Part shown: piece by piece, positions 9,575-17,822 of the stretch
Numbering within the stretch: the first letter of the stretch is position 1
Layout of the letters: every line of letters starts with the position of its first letter
Origin: Terrimicrobiaceae bacterium
Lineage (GTDB): Bacteria > Verrucomicrobiota > Verrucomicrobiia > Chthoniobacterales > Terrimicrobiaceae
Length of the DNA stretch: 33,281 bases
NCBI GenBank assembly: GCA_041752695.1
Contig: JBGSVZ010000111.1
Span: 1 to 33,281 of the forward strand
Direction: 5' to 3'
Notes under the pieces: generated by a model
Database searches by the model: none
What the model was told of the DNA's origin: nothing
Seen by the model: the letters and a program-made list of their open reading frames with translations, nothing else
Position numbers and translations under genes: made by a program

Positions 9575-10640
9575 AACCGGTGAATCCGTGTAATTGGGAA
9601 TAGCGTTTGTGGGCGGTGCGGTAATCGCGCTTGATCTTGAACAGTTGCGCCTGCATTTCGCGGAGCGAACGGCGGTCCACCGTGGCGGTGAGTTTCTCCA
9701 CCGTGCGAACGAGCTTTGGCTTCCGTCGTCCAAAAAAATGCGAAAGGTATTCGACGTTTCGTTGGGCTGAGAGGAACTCTCGTTTGGCGGCAATAGCGGT
9801 CTCCAGATTGTGGATTTTTTGGTAGGACTGCTGCAGCCGAATCGCGTCGGCGGTTTGCGCATTCCGCAGCACTTCCAGTTGGAAGCGGGTGAGTTTTGGC
9901 GCGAAGATGACTCGGTCGGAGTCAATCCGTTTGGAAAGACGTTCCTCCAACTTGGCCGGGGATTGGAGGATGTCGGCCCAGCGTTTGTTTTCGAGTTCAA
10001 AGCAGGTCCGCAGGTAGGCCATCTGGTTTTTGTGCCCGCTCGTGTGAGACCGGGACGTGCTGCATCCGACATAGGCACCCCGCTGCGTGCGGGGGCAAAG
10101 TGCGACATGGATATGGAGATGATCCGTGTCGTGGTGGATTCCATAGGCGTAGCCGATGGCGTCTGCCGGATGAAATCGCTCCGCAAACTTCATCATGATT
10201 GTTTTCGTCGTGGAATGCAGGACGCGATCAGGATTGATCCCGGTCGCCACCAGCTTGTCGTGCAATTCCCGCGACATGGAAAAAACCATCCGGTGCTGGA
10301 TCACCGGATCATTCGAGGACGTGGGAAATTTACGTATGTGACTAAACCACGAATCGGCGATGCGCTTTTTGCGCAAGGCATTCGTCATTTGCGATGGGGC
10401 GGTTCGGGTGCCATCCGGATTCTCAGTGATCAAATGATGAAGGAAACCGCCGGCGTGAACCTGGCCCAACGACTCCTTCGAGGCGTAGTCGCCGAACTGT
10501 TTCAATTTCTGGCCGATGGAAGTTTTCGAATCGAGATGCTCCCGCTGCGCAATTTTGCGCGTGGAGGTTTCGTCGAGGTATTCGAGGTCGAGGCGGGAAC
10601 GCCAGGTGCTCTTGTGTGCAAAGATCATCCCGTTTTTCAT
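9516..10640 (-). CDS. HUH relaxase (MOBP-like)
   Basis: N-terminal LEYL (candidate catalytic Tyr), HRMVFS (motif II), IHHDTDHLHIHV (motif III) and a helical C-terminal half. Confidence 0.88.
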   Translation of the reverse strand: MKNGMIFAHKSTWRSRLDLEYLDETSTRKIAQREHLDSKTSIGQKLKQFGDYASKESLGQVHAGGFLHHLITENPDGTRTAPSQMTNALRKKRIADSWFSHIRKFPTSSNDPVIQHRMVFSMSRELHDKLVATGINPDRVLHSTTKTIMMKFAERFHPADAIGYAYGIHHDTDHLHIHVALCPRTQRGAYVGCSTSRSHTSGHKNQMAYLRTCFELENKRWADILQSPAKLEERLSKRIDSDRVIFAPKLTRFQLEVLRNAQTADAIRLQQSYQKIHNLETAIAAKREFLSAQRNVEYLSHFFGRRKPKLVRTVEKLTATVDRRSLREMQAQLFKIKRDYRTAHKRYSQLHGFTGYANRSTQSPTHQQQTVQKL

Positions 10641-10642
10641 GG

Positions 10643-10867
10643 TCAGTCGTTCAGGTGTTCGAGCACACGGTCGAGTTTGATGTTCATGGAGATCAAAATC
10701 TGCGGGTCGATCTTGTCTTTGATCGATACCGCAAAAACGATGGCTTCGAAGGTTGCCGCCTTGGTGGGCAATCCGAAGGCTTCATGCAGCGCTTGGAATC
10801 GGGATTTTGCTTCGGTCGTGCAGTCCACGTGGAACTGCGCCATGCCGGGTTTCAACTGATAGGCCAT
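10643..10867 (-). CDS. Small ribbon-helix-helix-like relaxosome accessory protein
   Basis: 74 aa with a beta-alpha-alpha pattern (QFHVDCT-EAKSRFQAL-KAATFEAIV). Lies between the candidate oriT and the relaxase, 2 bp from the relaxase start. Confidence 0.6.
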   Translation of the reverse strand: MAYQLKPGMAQFHVDCTTEAKSRFQALHEAFGLPTKAATFEAIVFAVSIKDKIDPQILISMNIKLDRVLEHLND

Positions 10868-10963
10868 ATTTGTTAATGGGGTTAAGTATTTGAATGGACG
10901 GTTGGAAATTGATGAGCGGCAGCGAGTCTTTTCGGAGGGCGCCTGACGCCCGGAGAACCCGAA

Positions 10964-11020
10964 GGAAAAACGAAGTTTTTTCCGACCAGCGATTTCGTAC
11001 GGAAATCGCTATCCCGCGTT
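10964..11020 (+). other. Candidate oriT with nic at about 11016/11017
   Basis: Perfect inverted repeat AGCGATTTC-gtacg-GAAATCGCT (10988-11010) runs into TATCCCG|CG, resembling the RP4/MOBP nic TATCCTG|C. A second IR, GGAAAAAC/GTTTTTTCC, lies just upstream. Sits upstream of the mob genes. Confidence 0.6.
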
Positions 11021-11129
11021 ACCTTTGACCTACGAACCGGGTTGATGAGATCAGGGGAGGTTGGATGCTTGGGAGCGTCGGAGGCCCGTCTGGATCGGGG
11101 GTTCTTGGCACGGGTCTGGAGAGATTCTG

Positions 11130-11982
11130 GCCCGCCGTTTCGTTCCGCCCGCAGCCGGGGCTTTGAGGAGAGCGAGGACGGAAGGAATGGGCGGGCAGAG
11201 ATGAGGAAGTCGAAACAGGTGTGCTGATTTGCGGGATCTGCGAAGGCGGTTTGGGCGAGAGGTCGAGTCCCTGGCCAGACTTCGCGGACGCCGCAAATGA
11301 GCGGACGTCCTGTCGGGATCGGCATCGGTAAGAGAGAAAGAGCCGGTCGGTCACAGGTGGGGGCGCCGAATCGTTCCGTCCGCCGCCGGAGCTTTGAGGA
11401 GAGCAAGGACGGATCGAATGGGCGCGCGCAGCCAAGCAAGTCGGAAAGGTGGCGCTGATGAGAGGCCCTGGTGAGGAAGGGCGGGGCAAGAGGTCGCAGC
11501 CCGTGCCTCCCGGAACCGGGGACACTCATGAGCGCGCTTCGTGCCGGGATCGGCAGAAGGAGAATAGCTGGTTGGCGAAAGGTACTGCCGCCGATTTGGC
11601 GGGAGGCGTATAGCGAAGCAGAAGCCTCCCGAAAATGGGCGGCGAGGGTGGTTGTCACCCATGAAGGTGAGCCGATTTGCGCGCAGCGGACGGGGTGTGC
11701 GGGAAACCCGCCGACACCGGCCGCGGAGTGGCAAATTGGCGGGATGATGGCGCAAATGCGCGGGGTCCAAATCCAAGAGCCTTCGCAATTTCTGCGAAAA
11801 GCTGGTCGGAGTGTGGTGGCCCCGCCGAGTTGAGAAGGCACGGAAGCGGAGCGGACGGCTCTCTCAATTCGGGGGCGCAGGCGCAAGTCGCCGAGACAGG
11901 TGAGCTGATTGGGCGGATTCGGTAGGTCCGCGGGGCAATTCTGCGCCGCCTCCGGGACCGTCGGCGAATCCGCCCAATGAGC
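11130..11982 (+). repeat. Array of about 8 long imperfect hairpins (four degenerate ~230-bp two-hairpin units)
   Basis: Stems at 11130-11196, 11223-11302, 11363-11425, 11452-11535, 11587-11643, 11671-11740, 11760-11825 and 11904-11982. Most share a GCYGA..../..ATGRGC base. CTTTGAGGAGAGC recurs at 11161 and 11392, 231 bp apart. Confidence 0.85.
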
Positions 11983-12023
11983 GCCGAGGAGACGCGGCTG
12001 CGAGATGGAAAGGGAAGGGAATT

Positions 12024-13322
12024 TCACAATTTCAGACCCGATTGCTTGAGCGGGCTCGCCTGAATCCGATCGCCGCCCGTCAAAGTGAGTGGACCCCGAG
12101 GGGTCTGGATGCCAGTCACGATCTTGGGCGTTGTGGTCGAGTCGGGCGTCTCCGACGGTGGTTTCGTCTGCTCGGTCTTTTCCAGCGAATGCCTGGGCTG
12201 GGGCACGAGGAAGAATCCCCGGGGTTGCTCCCCCACGACAAGGCCAGCCTGCCGCGCGGCCTCAACTTCGGCCCGATGCATGACCGCCTTGAGTTTGTGG
12301 AACGGAATCGTCCGGGTAAAATCCGCCCCGCCATTGCCCCAGTTGTCCAACAAGGTTACGGAGACTTTGTTCACCTTCTGAATGAGGGACCATCCCCCGC
12401 GTGGGGAAGCCCAGCATTGGCAGGCACCTCCAACTTCGGGGGTGTTTCTGGTGGCAACAATGCCTCCATCCTGAGCGAGCATAGTCCGCTCGTAAGCCAG
12501 CCGGTGGGCAAGATGAGTCAACCAACGGTCCGCCCACGAGATGGTCTCTTCGTGGTTCTTGATCGCTCTGGCCGCAATGTCCTCGACTGACGGCCGCGGT
12601 TCGCAATCGCCCTGGGTCGCGTCCCAATACGACACCGGCCAGGACTTTCCATCAGTCCGCTCACTTGCTGTTAGGAAATATCCGTGGCCGTGACTCGCAA
12701 TTCCTGCCGCCCGCTCCATGGTCAACCGCTCGCTGCTCCAAGCTTTTAGGAACCGTTCAGATTCCGCCTTCGTGCGTTGTTTTTTCCGCTGCTCGGCCTC
12801 GAGTTTTTTGATTCGCCGGGCGCGAACATCAGGACGTTCCTTGTATCGTGCAGCCCGGATCGCTGCCTCTGCACGACGCGTCCAATACTCCGACGTGTCC
12901 CACATCTTGATCGATTTACGCATCCCGTCGTCGATGCGCTGAGCGTCTTTCCGGGCGTGGCGCTCGCTATGATGGCCAACCAAGATGGGCTGTCCGAAGG
13001 GGATGTGCTCGACAATGGCATCCACCCGTTTGCGGGCGGCTTCGGCATCAGCTGCTCGATGGTCGCTGTAGTTTTCGAAACGATCAGCCCGTTCTTCCGA
13101 GCGTTGGAGGAGGGATTTATCCTCGTCCTCGATGCTCCCGCAAAGGCGGATCAGGAGATCCTCCCGGGTGGGAGTCCACATCGGCGCAACAAACAGGTCT
13201 TGTTTGGGCGCCCATTTGAAGCCTGCGGCTTTCAATTCCGAGTACGTTTCGGAATCGAGTCGAGTGAGTGAATAGAGCCGGAGTTTGTTGTCTTCCGGGG
13301 AATAGGTTGCGGTCAGGTCCAT
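12024..13322 (-). CDS. DUF3560 domain-containing protein
   Basis: ERADRF...IPFGQPILVGHHSERHARKD signature and N-terminal ATYSPEDNKLRLY. Confidence 0.85.
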   Translation of the reverse strand: MDLTATYSPEDNKLRLYSLTRLDSETYSELKAAGFKWAPKQDLFVAPMWTPTREDLLIRLCGSIEDEDKSLLQRSEERADRFENYSDHRAADAEAARKRVDAIVEHIPFGQPILVGHHSERHARKDAQRIDDGMRKSIKMWDTSEYWTRRAEAAIRAARYKERPDVRARRIKKLEAEQRKKQRTKAESERFLKAWSSERLTMERAAGIASHGHGYFLTASERTDGKSWPVSYWDATQGDCEPRPSVEDIAARAIKNHEETISWADRWLTHLAHRLAYERTMLAQDGGIVATRNTPEVGGACQCWASPRGGWSLIQKVNKVSVTLLDNWGNGGADFTRTIPFHKLKAVMHRAEVEAARQAGLVVGEQPRGFFLVPQPRHSLEKTEQTKPPSETPDSTTTPKIVTGIQTPRGPLTLTGGDRIQASPLKQSGLKL

Positions 13323-13369
13323 AGGAAAAATTGGAGAAAGAAGATGTGCAGGGAGGGGCTGGCCGGGAT

Positions 13370-14350
13370 TTACAGTCCCAGACTTTGGACGGATGGGTTG
13401 TTCGGCTGGGAGAGGCTGAGCGTTCGATTTTGAGCGAATGCTCGGAGATCATCGTTCCAGTCCTTGCGCTGGGGACACTCCGACCTGAGATCAAACCCAG
13501 TCCATTCGGCGGTCTCATCCCAAGCTTTTTGCCAGCCGCGTTCACCGGCGGCGTCATTGTCGAGCGCCACGACAAAGCATTGTTTTCGCTCGTAGGCCTC
13601 AAACATGAGGTCCGTGGAAATGGTGGACCCGCTGCAACTCACGATGGCGGTCGAGGCGCTTTTGCCCACGAACAACGAGTGGTAACTTAGTGCATCGACA
13701 GGCGACTCCACGGCCACGATCGTTTTCGCCTCGGCCAAATCACCCACGCAAAACCAGGCCGAGAGTTTATTGCCGAGCGTCGGTCGGAAGGATGAATCGT
13801 GCCGAGTGTCTCGCAGAGTCGCTCCCTCGATCTTTCCCTGAAGTGAGCGGTGCAAAAAGACGATACCCGGATTGGGATAGTGGGTGTTGGCGTAAACCGC
13901 GCCTGTCTCATGCAAGTTATCGACCAAGGGGGCGTCGATTTTGCGTGTTTCGACGAGGTAGTCGCGGGCCGTGGGCCAGTTCATACTGCTTGGCACCGCA
14001 TATTTAGCCGCCAGTTCCTCAAAAGTGGCACGTGGCGGTTCGCTTCGGTTGCGCTTTTCCGGAGGGAACTCCAGCCGCCCGACGAGTGGTCGAAAATCCT
14101 GGGCGAGAACGAGGCAAGTCGTTTGAAAATCGCCGCCACAAAGGTGCATTTGGAGGTCAATGGCCCCGGCTCCGCCGACCCCGACCTTGTTGTCGAACCA
14201 CTTCTGCCCGGTGATGACAATGTTGTGGCGGTCGGTTTTTGCCCGGAAACTAAGCCCCTCCCGCCGCAACTTGAATCCATGCCAGGCCAGCAAATCAGCC
14301 AACGAAATCCCGCGGACCTCATCCGCGACCCTCTGCAACGGCGCGTTCAT
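13370..14350 (-). CDS. Toprim-domain primase-like protein (DUF3991/Toprim type)
   Basis: WFDN..G.GGAGAIDL, YL.ETRKI, VESPVDALSY, ALDNDAAG and KDWNDDL motifs. Confidence 0.85.
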   Translation of the reverse strand: MNAPLQRVADEVRGISLADLLAWHGFKLRREGLSFRAKTDRHNIVITGQKWFDNKVGVGGAGAIDLQMHLCGGDFQTTCLVLAQDFRPLVGRLEFPPEKRNRSEPPRATFEELAAKYAVPSSMNWPTARDYLVETRKIDAPLVDNLHETGAVYANTHYPNPGIVFLHRSLQGKIEGATLRDTRHDSSFRPTLGNKLSAWFCVGDLAEAKTIVAVESPVDALSYHSLFVGKSASTAIVSCSGSTISTDLMFEAYERKQCFVVALDNDAAGERGWQKAWDETAEWTGFDLRSECPQRKDWNDDLRAFAQNRTLSLSQPNNPSVQSLGL

Positions 14351-14664
14351 TACCAGCCGATGCTGTGGCAGAAGTCGGAGACCAGTTCGTCCACAACGGC
14401 CTGAGGCATCCCGACCTTCGTCCCCAGTTCCTCAAGCGTGGCGGAACCGAGCAAGTCGGCCCGCACACAATAAAGCACAACGGAAGCACGAAGCCCCTTT
14501 TGCTCCACCGTGCCTGCTTCGGCGACCCAGCCGAAAGTCCGGCTCAGGACTTCACAGATGCGTTCGAGTTGGTCTTCCGGTGCCGGGAGGGGTTCGAGGA
14601 AATCAACCGGGTGGCGGCGGTCGGAGTGGCGGATATCGTTTTCGGGGACAAGAATTGTTTTCAT
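14350..14664 (-). CDS. Hypothetical protein with C-terminal HTH-like segment
   Basis: TLEELGTKVGMPQAVVDELVSDF resembles an HTH. TAATG coupling to the Toprim gene. Start is 14664 or 14673. Confidence 0.55.
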   Translation of the reverse strand: MKTILVPENDIRHSDRRHPVDFLEPLPAPEDQLERICEVLSRTFGWVAEAGTVEQKGLRASVVLYCVRADLLGSATLEELGTKVGMPQAVVDELVSDFCHSIGW

Positions 14665-14752
14665 CCCCGCCACTCTGACAGCGAAAATCAGACCCCCTGT
14701 TCCGGCTCGGGAACAGCTTTCAAAACATCAATCGCAGCCCATTGGTAACCGA

Positions 14753-15124
14753 CTATCCGCAGGGAGATGGTGGGCCGGGGTATTGCGAGCAGCTCGATTC
14801 CAGTTCCTGAAACGCCAGGGTGATGTCGTTGGCGTGGGAGGAATGACGTTCCTTCTCGCGTACCGCTGTGGCCGACCAGCCAATTTCCCCATCATGCATG
14901 GCCTCGGTCCAGCGAACCTCCCAGCCAGAGGCTTTCAGCTTTTCAACGATGGATTCCCAGTGCTTTGCCACAGCTTCATACAAACGAGACGAGCGGGACG
15001 GGGGCAATTCCCAAATGCTGCAGTCGTCGGCAGGGAAAGGGGGGGCGGAGTGGTCTGTCGTTTTGGGAAAACTCCCGCAATGATCGGAATTCGGCCCATC
15101 GGGTTTGGTTTGCTTTTGAGGCAT
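14753..15124 (-). CDS. Hypothetical protein
   Basis: The C-terminal ~60 aa (WESIVEKLKASGW...DITLAFQELE) look globular. Co-oriented with downstream element genes. Start uncertain. Confidence 0.5.
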   Translation of the reverse strand: MPQKQTKPDGPNSDHCGSFPKTTDHSAPPFPADDCSIWELPPSRSSRLYEAVAKHWESIVEKLKASGWEVRWTEAMHDGEIGWSATAVREKERHSSHANDITLAFQELESSCSQYPGPPSPCG

Positions 15125-15172
15125 TTTCCTGGCAGGAAAGAGCGACGGAGTGCAAACCCGTAAGTGACCATG

Positions 15173-15191
15173 CAGGACAAAACAGGACAAA
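15173..15191. repeat. Direct repeat CAGGACAAA x2, candidate integrase arm-type sites (left arm)
   Basis: CAGGACAAAA-CAGGACAAA about 105 bp left of the att core. Confidence 0.5.
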
Positions 15192-15296
15192 TTTTCCGCG
15201 AAAATGGCAGTTTCTCGCAATTTGATTTTTTAATCCCTGAGGCTCGCGGAGCTTGTGTTTATCAGGGTTTGCAGGCGATTTTCCTTGCAAAATAGG

Positions 15297-15319
15297 TGGG
15301 GTGACCGACGGGACTCGAA
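15297..15319 (-). other. att core: 3' end of tRNA-His (not a complete tRNA)
   Basis: The minus strand reads TTCGAGTCCCGTCGGTCACCCCA: T-loop, acceptor stem 3' side, C discriminator and CCA, as in tRNA-His. No 5' half follows. Lies 72 bp before the integrase ATG. Confidence 0.85.
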
Positions 15320-15360
15320 AACGTAAGTTTTACCTGGGAAAACGCTAAAAAATGGCTTGC

Positions 15361-15380
15361 GTAACAAATGTGTAACAAAT
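15361..15380. repeat. Direct repeat GTAACAAAT x2, candidate integrase arm-type sites (right arm)
   Basis: GTAACAAAT-gt-GTAACAAAT between the att core and the integrase start. Confidence 0.55.
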
Positions 15381-15391
15381 ACACTTGGAGT

Positions 15392-16798
15392 ATGGAAAAT
15401 GCACCGAAAACAAAGCGAAAAGGTCCGGTGGAAACCATTGAGGGGAAGGGGGTCAACATCCCCATTTATTACGCTCCATATCGCGGCACAGACAGCTACT
15501 TTCTCGCCTACTACGCCGAAGGTAAGCGCAAGTTTGAACGAGCGGCTTCGCTGGACGCTGCACGAAAACGCGGGCGGATTTTAATCCAGGATCTCGCGAG
15601 CGGCGCTGCGCATGTAGCGGCATTCACTCCCACCCAGACCGCCGCAATCAACGAGGTCGTCGAAATTCTTCGCCCTTTGGGGGTGTCGTTAACGGAAGCG
15701 GTCCGGCAGTTTGCCGATGCTCGCTCGCGGCTCGCTGACCAGGGGAGTCTGGCGGACGCTGTAAAATTCTATTTGGAGCAACGAACGAAGACCCAGCTTG
15801 TTCCGGTTTCGGTGCCTGTTTTGGTGGAGAAAATATTGAAGGATTTTCGCGAGAAGGAAAAATCGCGCCGGTATGTCCTCGACATGCAAGCTCGCCTGAA
15901 TCGAGCCGCGAAATCATTTTCGGGAAACATTGCCGATATTCGTTCATCGCAGATCGACGAATGGCTTTCGTCCCTCAAAGACGCCACGGGTCGAACAAAA
16001 AACAACTACCGTGCCGCTCTAATCACTCTCTTTTCGTTTGCTCGCCAGAAAGGCTATCTTCCGCGCGGGCAGGAAACGGAAGCCGAGTATGCTGCGCGTT
16101 TCAACGGAAAAGGTGGTGAAATTGGAATTTACGCACCTGAACAATTGGAAATTTTATTGACGCGAATTGATCCGAGGCTCCTTGCGTTCGTTGCGATCGG
16201 CGCTTTCGCTGGTTTGCGGACGGCGGAGATTGTCCGGCTGGAATGGCCCGAGATTCGGTTCGATCAGGATGTGATTGAGATCAAGGCTGCGAAAGCCAAA
16301 ACCGCGAGTCGCCGATTGGTCCCTATTTTGCCTGTGCTCCGTGCTTGGCTGGAACCTCTTCGCAAAAAAGAGGGTAAAGTTCTTTCCGGCGTTCTTGACG
16401 AGTTTGCCCAAGCAACTCAATTCAAAAAGGTGGTGGATGCGATTGTTGATGAGAAGGGTCAGCCGCTGGTCAAAATTGTCCATAACGGATTGAGGCATTC
16501 CTTTATCACGTATCGCATGGCGGTCATTAAAAATGCCGCTGAAGTGGCCCTGGAAGCCGGCAACAGCACGAGGATGATATTCGAGCATTATCGCGAATTG
16601 GCGACAGCCACGGAGGGGACGAGATGGTTTGCCTTGGTGCCTAACCAAGAGCGGCGGAACGAGTTGTCCCGCTGGGCCGACGCACTGAAACCCGAATCGC
16701 CGATTGAATTACCGAAGAATCTCCGTGCGGCTGGCAAGACGAGAGTTTCCAAGCGCCGCAAGCAACTCAAAGCGATTAAACAGCCGGTGGCGGCCTAA
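15392..16798 (+). CDS. Tyrosine recombinase / integrase
   Basis: FAGLRTAEI (R), KAKT (K), NGLRHSF, AGNS and EHY (Y) catalytic motifs. GGAG precedes ATG 15392. Next to the att core. Confidence 0.95.
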   Translation: MENAPKTKRKGPVETIEGKGVNIPIYYAPYRGTDSYFLAYYAEGKRKFERAASLDAARKRGRILIQDLASGAAHVAAFTPTQTAAINEVVEILRPLGVSLTEAVRQFADARSRLADQGSLADAVKFYLEQRTKTQLVPVSVPVLVEKILKDFREKEKSRRYVLDMQARLNRAAKSFSGNIADIRSSQIDEWLSSLKDATGRTKNNYRAALITLFSFARQKGYLPRGQETEAEYAARFNGKGGEIGIYAPEQLEILLTRIDPRLLAFVAIGAFAGLRTAEIVRLEWPEIRFDQDVIEIKAAKAKTASRRLVPILPVLRAWLEPLRKKEGKVLSGVLDEFAQATQFKKVVDAIVDEKGQPLVKIVHNGLRHSFITYRMAVIKNAAEVALEAGNSTRMIFEHYRELATATEGTRWFALVPNQERRNELSRWADALKPESPIELPKNLRAAGKTRVSKRRKQLKAIKQPVAA

Positions 16799-17020
16799 TT
16801 TGTAACTGGGGAGAAGTCCCTCCTGGACGTATTGATGAAATGAACGGAGTGGAATGCCTAACCAAGTAGCTGCTTGCTTGGCACTGATAAATTCTTGTTC
16901 CCGCTCTCTCTCACTAGGAGGTGCGTCGGACGAGGTTCGCGAAATTCTAAAGGAATGCACGGCTTTCAAAAGTGAGACAGGCTTTTGACTGAAGCGCCAT
17001 TTGGAAGGTTTGTTGGACAT
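16709..17020 (-). CDS. Excisionase-like HTH_17 DNA-binding protein
   Basis: FISAKQAATWLGIPLRSFHQYVQEGLLPSYKLGRHRLF. Convergent with the integrase. Start uncertain (17020 or 17089). Confidence 0.8.
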   Translation of the reverse strand: MSNKPSKWRFSQKPVSLLKAVHSFRISRTSSDAPPSEREREQEFISAKQAATWLGIPLRSFHQYVQEGLLPSYKLGRHRLFNRFELLAALGNSRLASRTEILR

Positions 17021-17085
17021 TTCGGGAAGGGGATTTCTGGTTGGGTGGCACGCCGAGATGGTCTCGGCGTGCCACGGACGTAGGG

Positions 17086-17445
17086 TCAACCGAGTTTGAT
17101 GCCGCCGTTCCGAAGGTGATTTTTGGCGGCAGTGACGAGCGCCTGCTCCTGCCGTTCCGGGTTCATGTTAGGGCTGATGGTCGATTTGATGCTCTGCACC
17201 AAGTCGGCCTGCTCCGGCTTTTCGAGCCAGGCTTTCACCTTGGTGGTGTAGCCCTGTTTCTGCTCTTCGTCCTTCATCTTGCGCAGGAGGAATTTCCGTT
17301 CCAACTGTTCGCGGGGAAGATCCTTGACGTATTGCACCAAGTCCGGCGTTGCCTTCATGAAGGCGTCGAGCTTGGCGTTGACTTCGGGGTTGATTTTGAA
17401 CTGTTTGGCCAGTTCGTCTTTTTTCTTTGGTGATGCGATTGCCAT
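17086..17445 (-). CDS. Hypothetical ICE protein (helical, ends GGIKLG)
   Basis: Clean 119-aa ORF with protein-like composition, co-oriented with the T4SS operon. Confidence 0.7.
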   Translation of the reverse strand: MAIASPKKKDELAKQFKINPEVNAKLDAFMKATPDLVQYVKDLPREQLERKFLLRKMKDEEQKQGYTTKVKAWLEKPEQADLVQSIKSTISPNMNPERQEQALVTAAKNHLRNGGIKLG

Positions 17446-17528
17446 GGGTAATTGCGTTTGTGGCGCGCGACGTTTCGGCCTCTTGGCCCCGTAGCCGTGC
17501 TGGTTGACGGGTCTGCGGTGAAGAGGGT

Positions 17529-17816
17529 TTAGGCTTTGGCGGCAGGAGGTTTGACGGTCGGGATTTGGTCGTCGTCCTCGTCATCGAGGGTTTGGCCGCG
17601 CAATCCCCCGATCTGGGCGATGACGGATTTGAGAAAGCGCTGAGCCACCTTGCGGGGGCTGAGTCGCTGACTCTCGGCATTCAGCATGACCTGGACGAGC
17701 TGATTGGTCGGGACGCGGAGACCGGCTTTCTCGACGATTTCGGAAGCCTCCTTGAAGACCGAAAAAGTGTCTTCATCGAGGGTGACGGTGATGTTGGCGG
17801 GTTTGGGTGTGTTCAT
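17529..17816 (-). CDS. Small RHH-like DNA-binding protein
   Basis: NITVTLDEDTFSVFKE...TNQLVQVML beta-alpha-alpha pattern. Starts 6 bp after the upstream stop. Confidence 0.55.
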   Translation of the reverse strand: MNTPKPANITVTLDEDTFSVFKEASEIVEKAGLRVPTNQLVQVMLNAESQRLSPRKVAQRFLKSVIAQIGGLRGQTLDDEDDDQIPTVKPPAAKA

Positions 17817-17822
17817 GGTGAT

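Noticed and set aside
11130..11982. Possible CRISPR array
   Set aside because: Repeats are long and highly degenerate, there is no constant repeat-spacer pattern, and no cas genes are present.
10882..12027. 381-aa - strand ORF with an internal 77-aa repeat, plus alternative-frame ORFs sharing SVLALLKAPAA
   Set aside because: Pro/Arg/Ala-rich with no domain signature. It spans the oriT, and the repeat differences preserve base pairing. Some changes are synonymous in another frame, so a peptide is not fully excluded.
15297..15372. Complete tRNA-His gene
   Set aside because: Only the 3' 23 nt are present. The adjacent sequence cannot form the anticodon arm, D arm or 5' acceptor strand.
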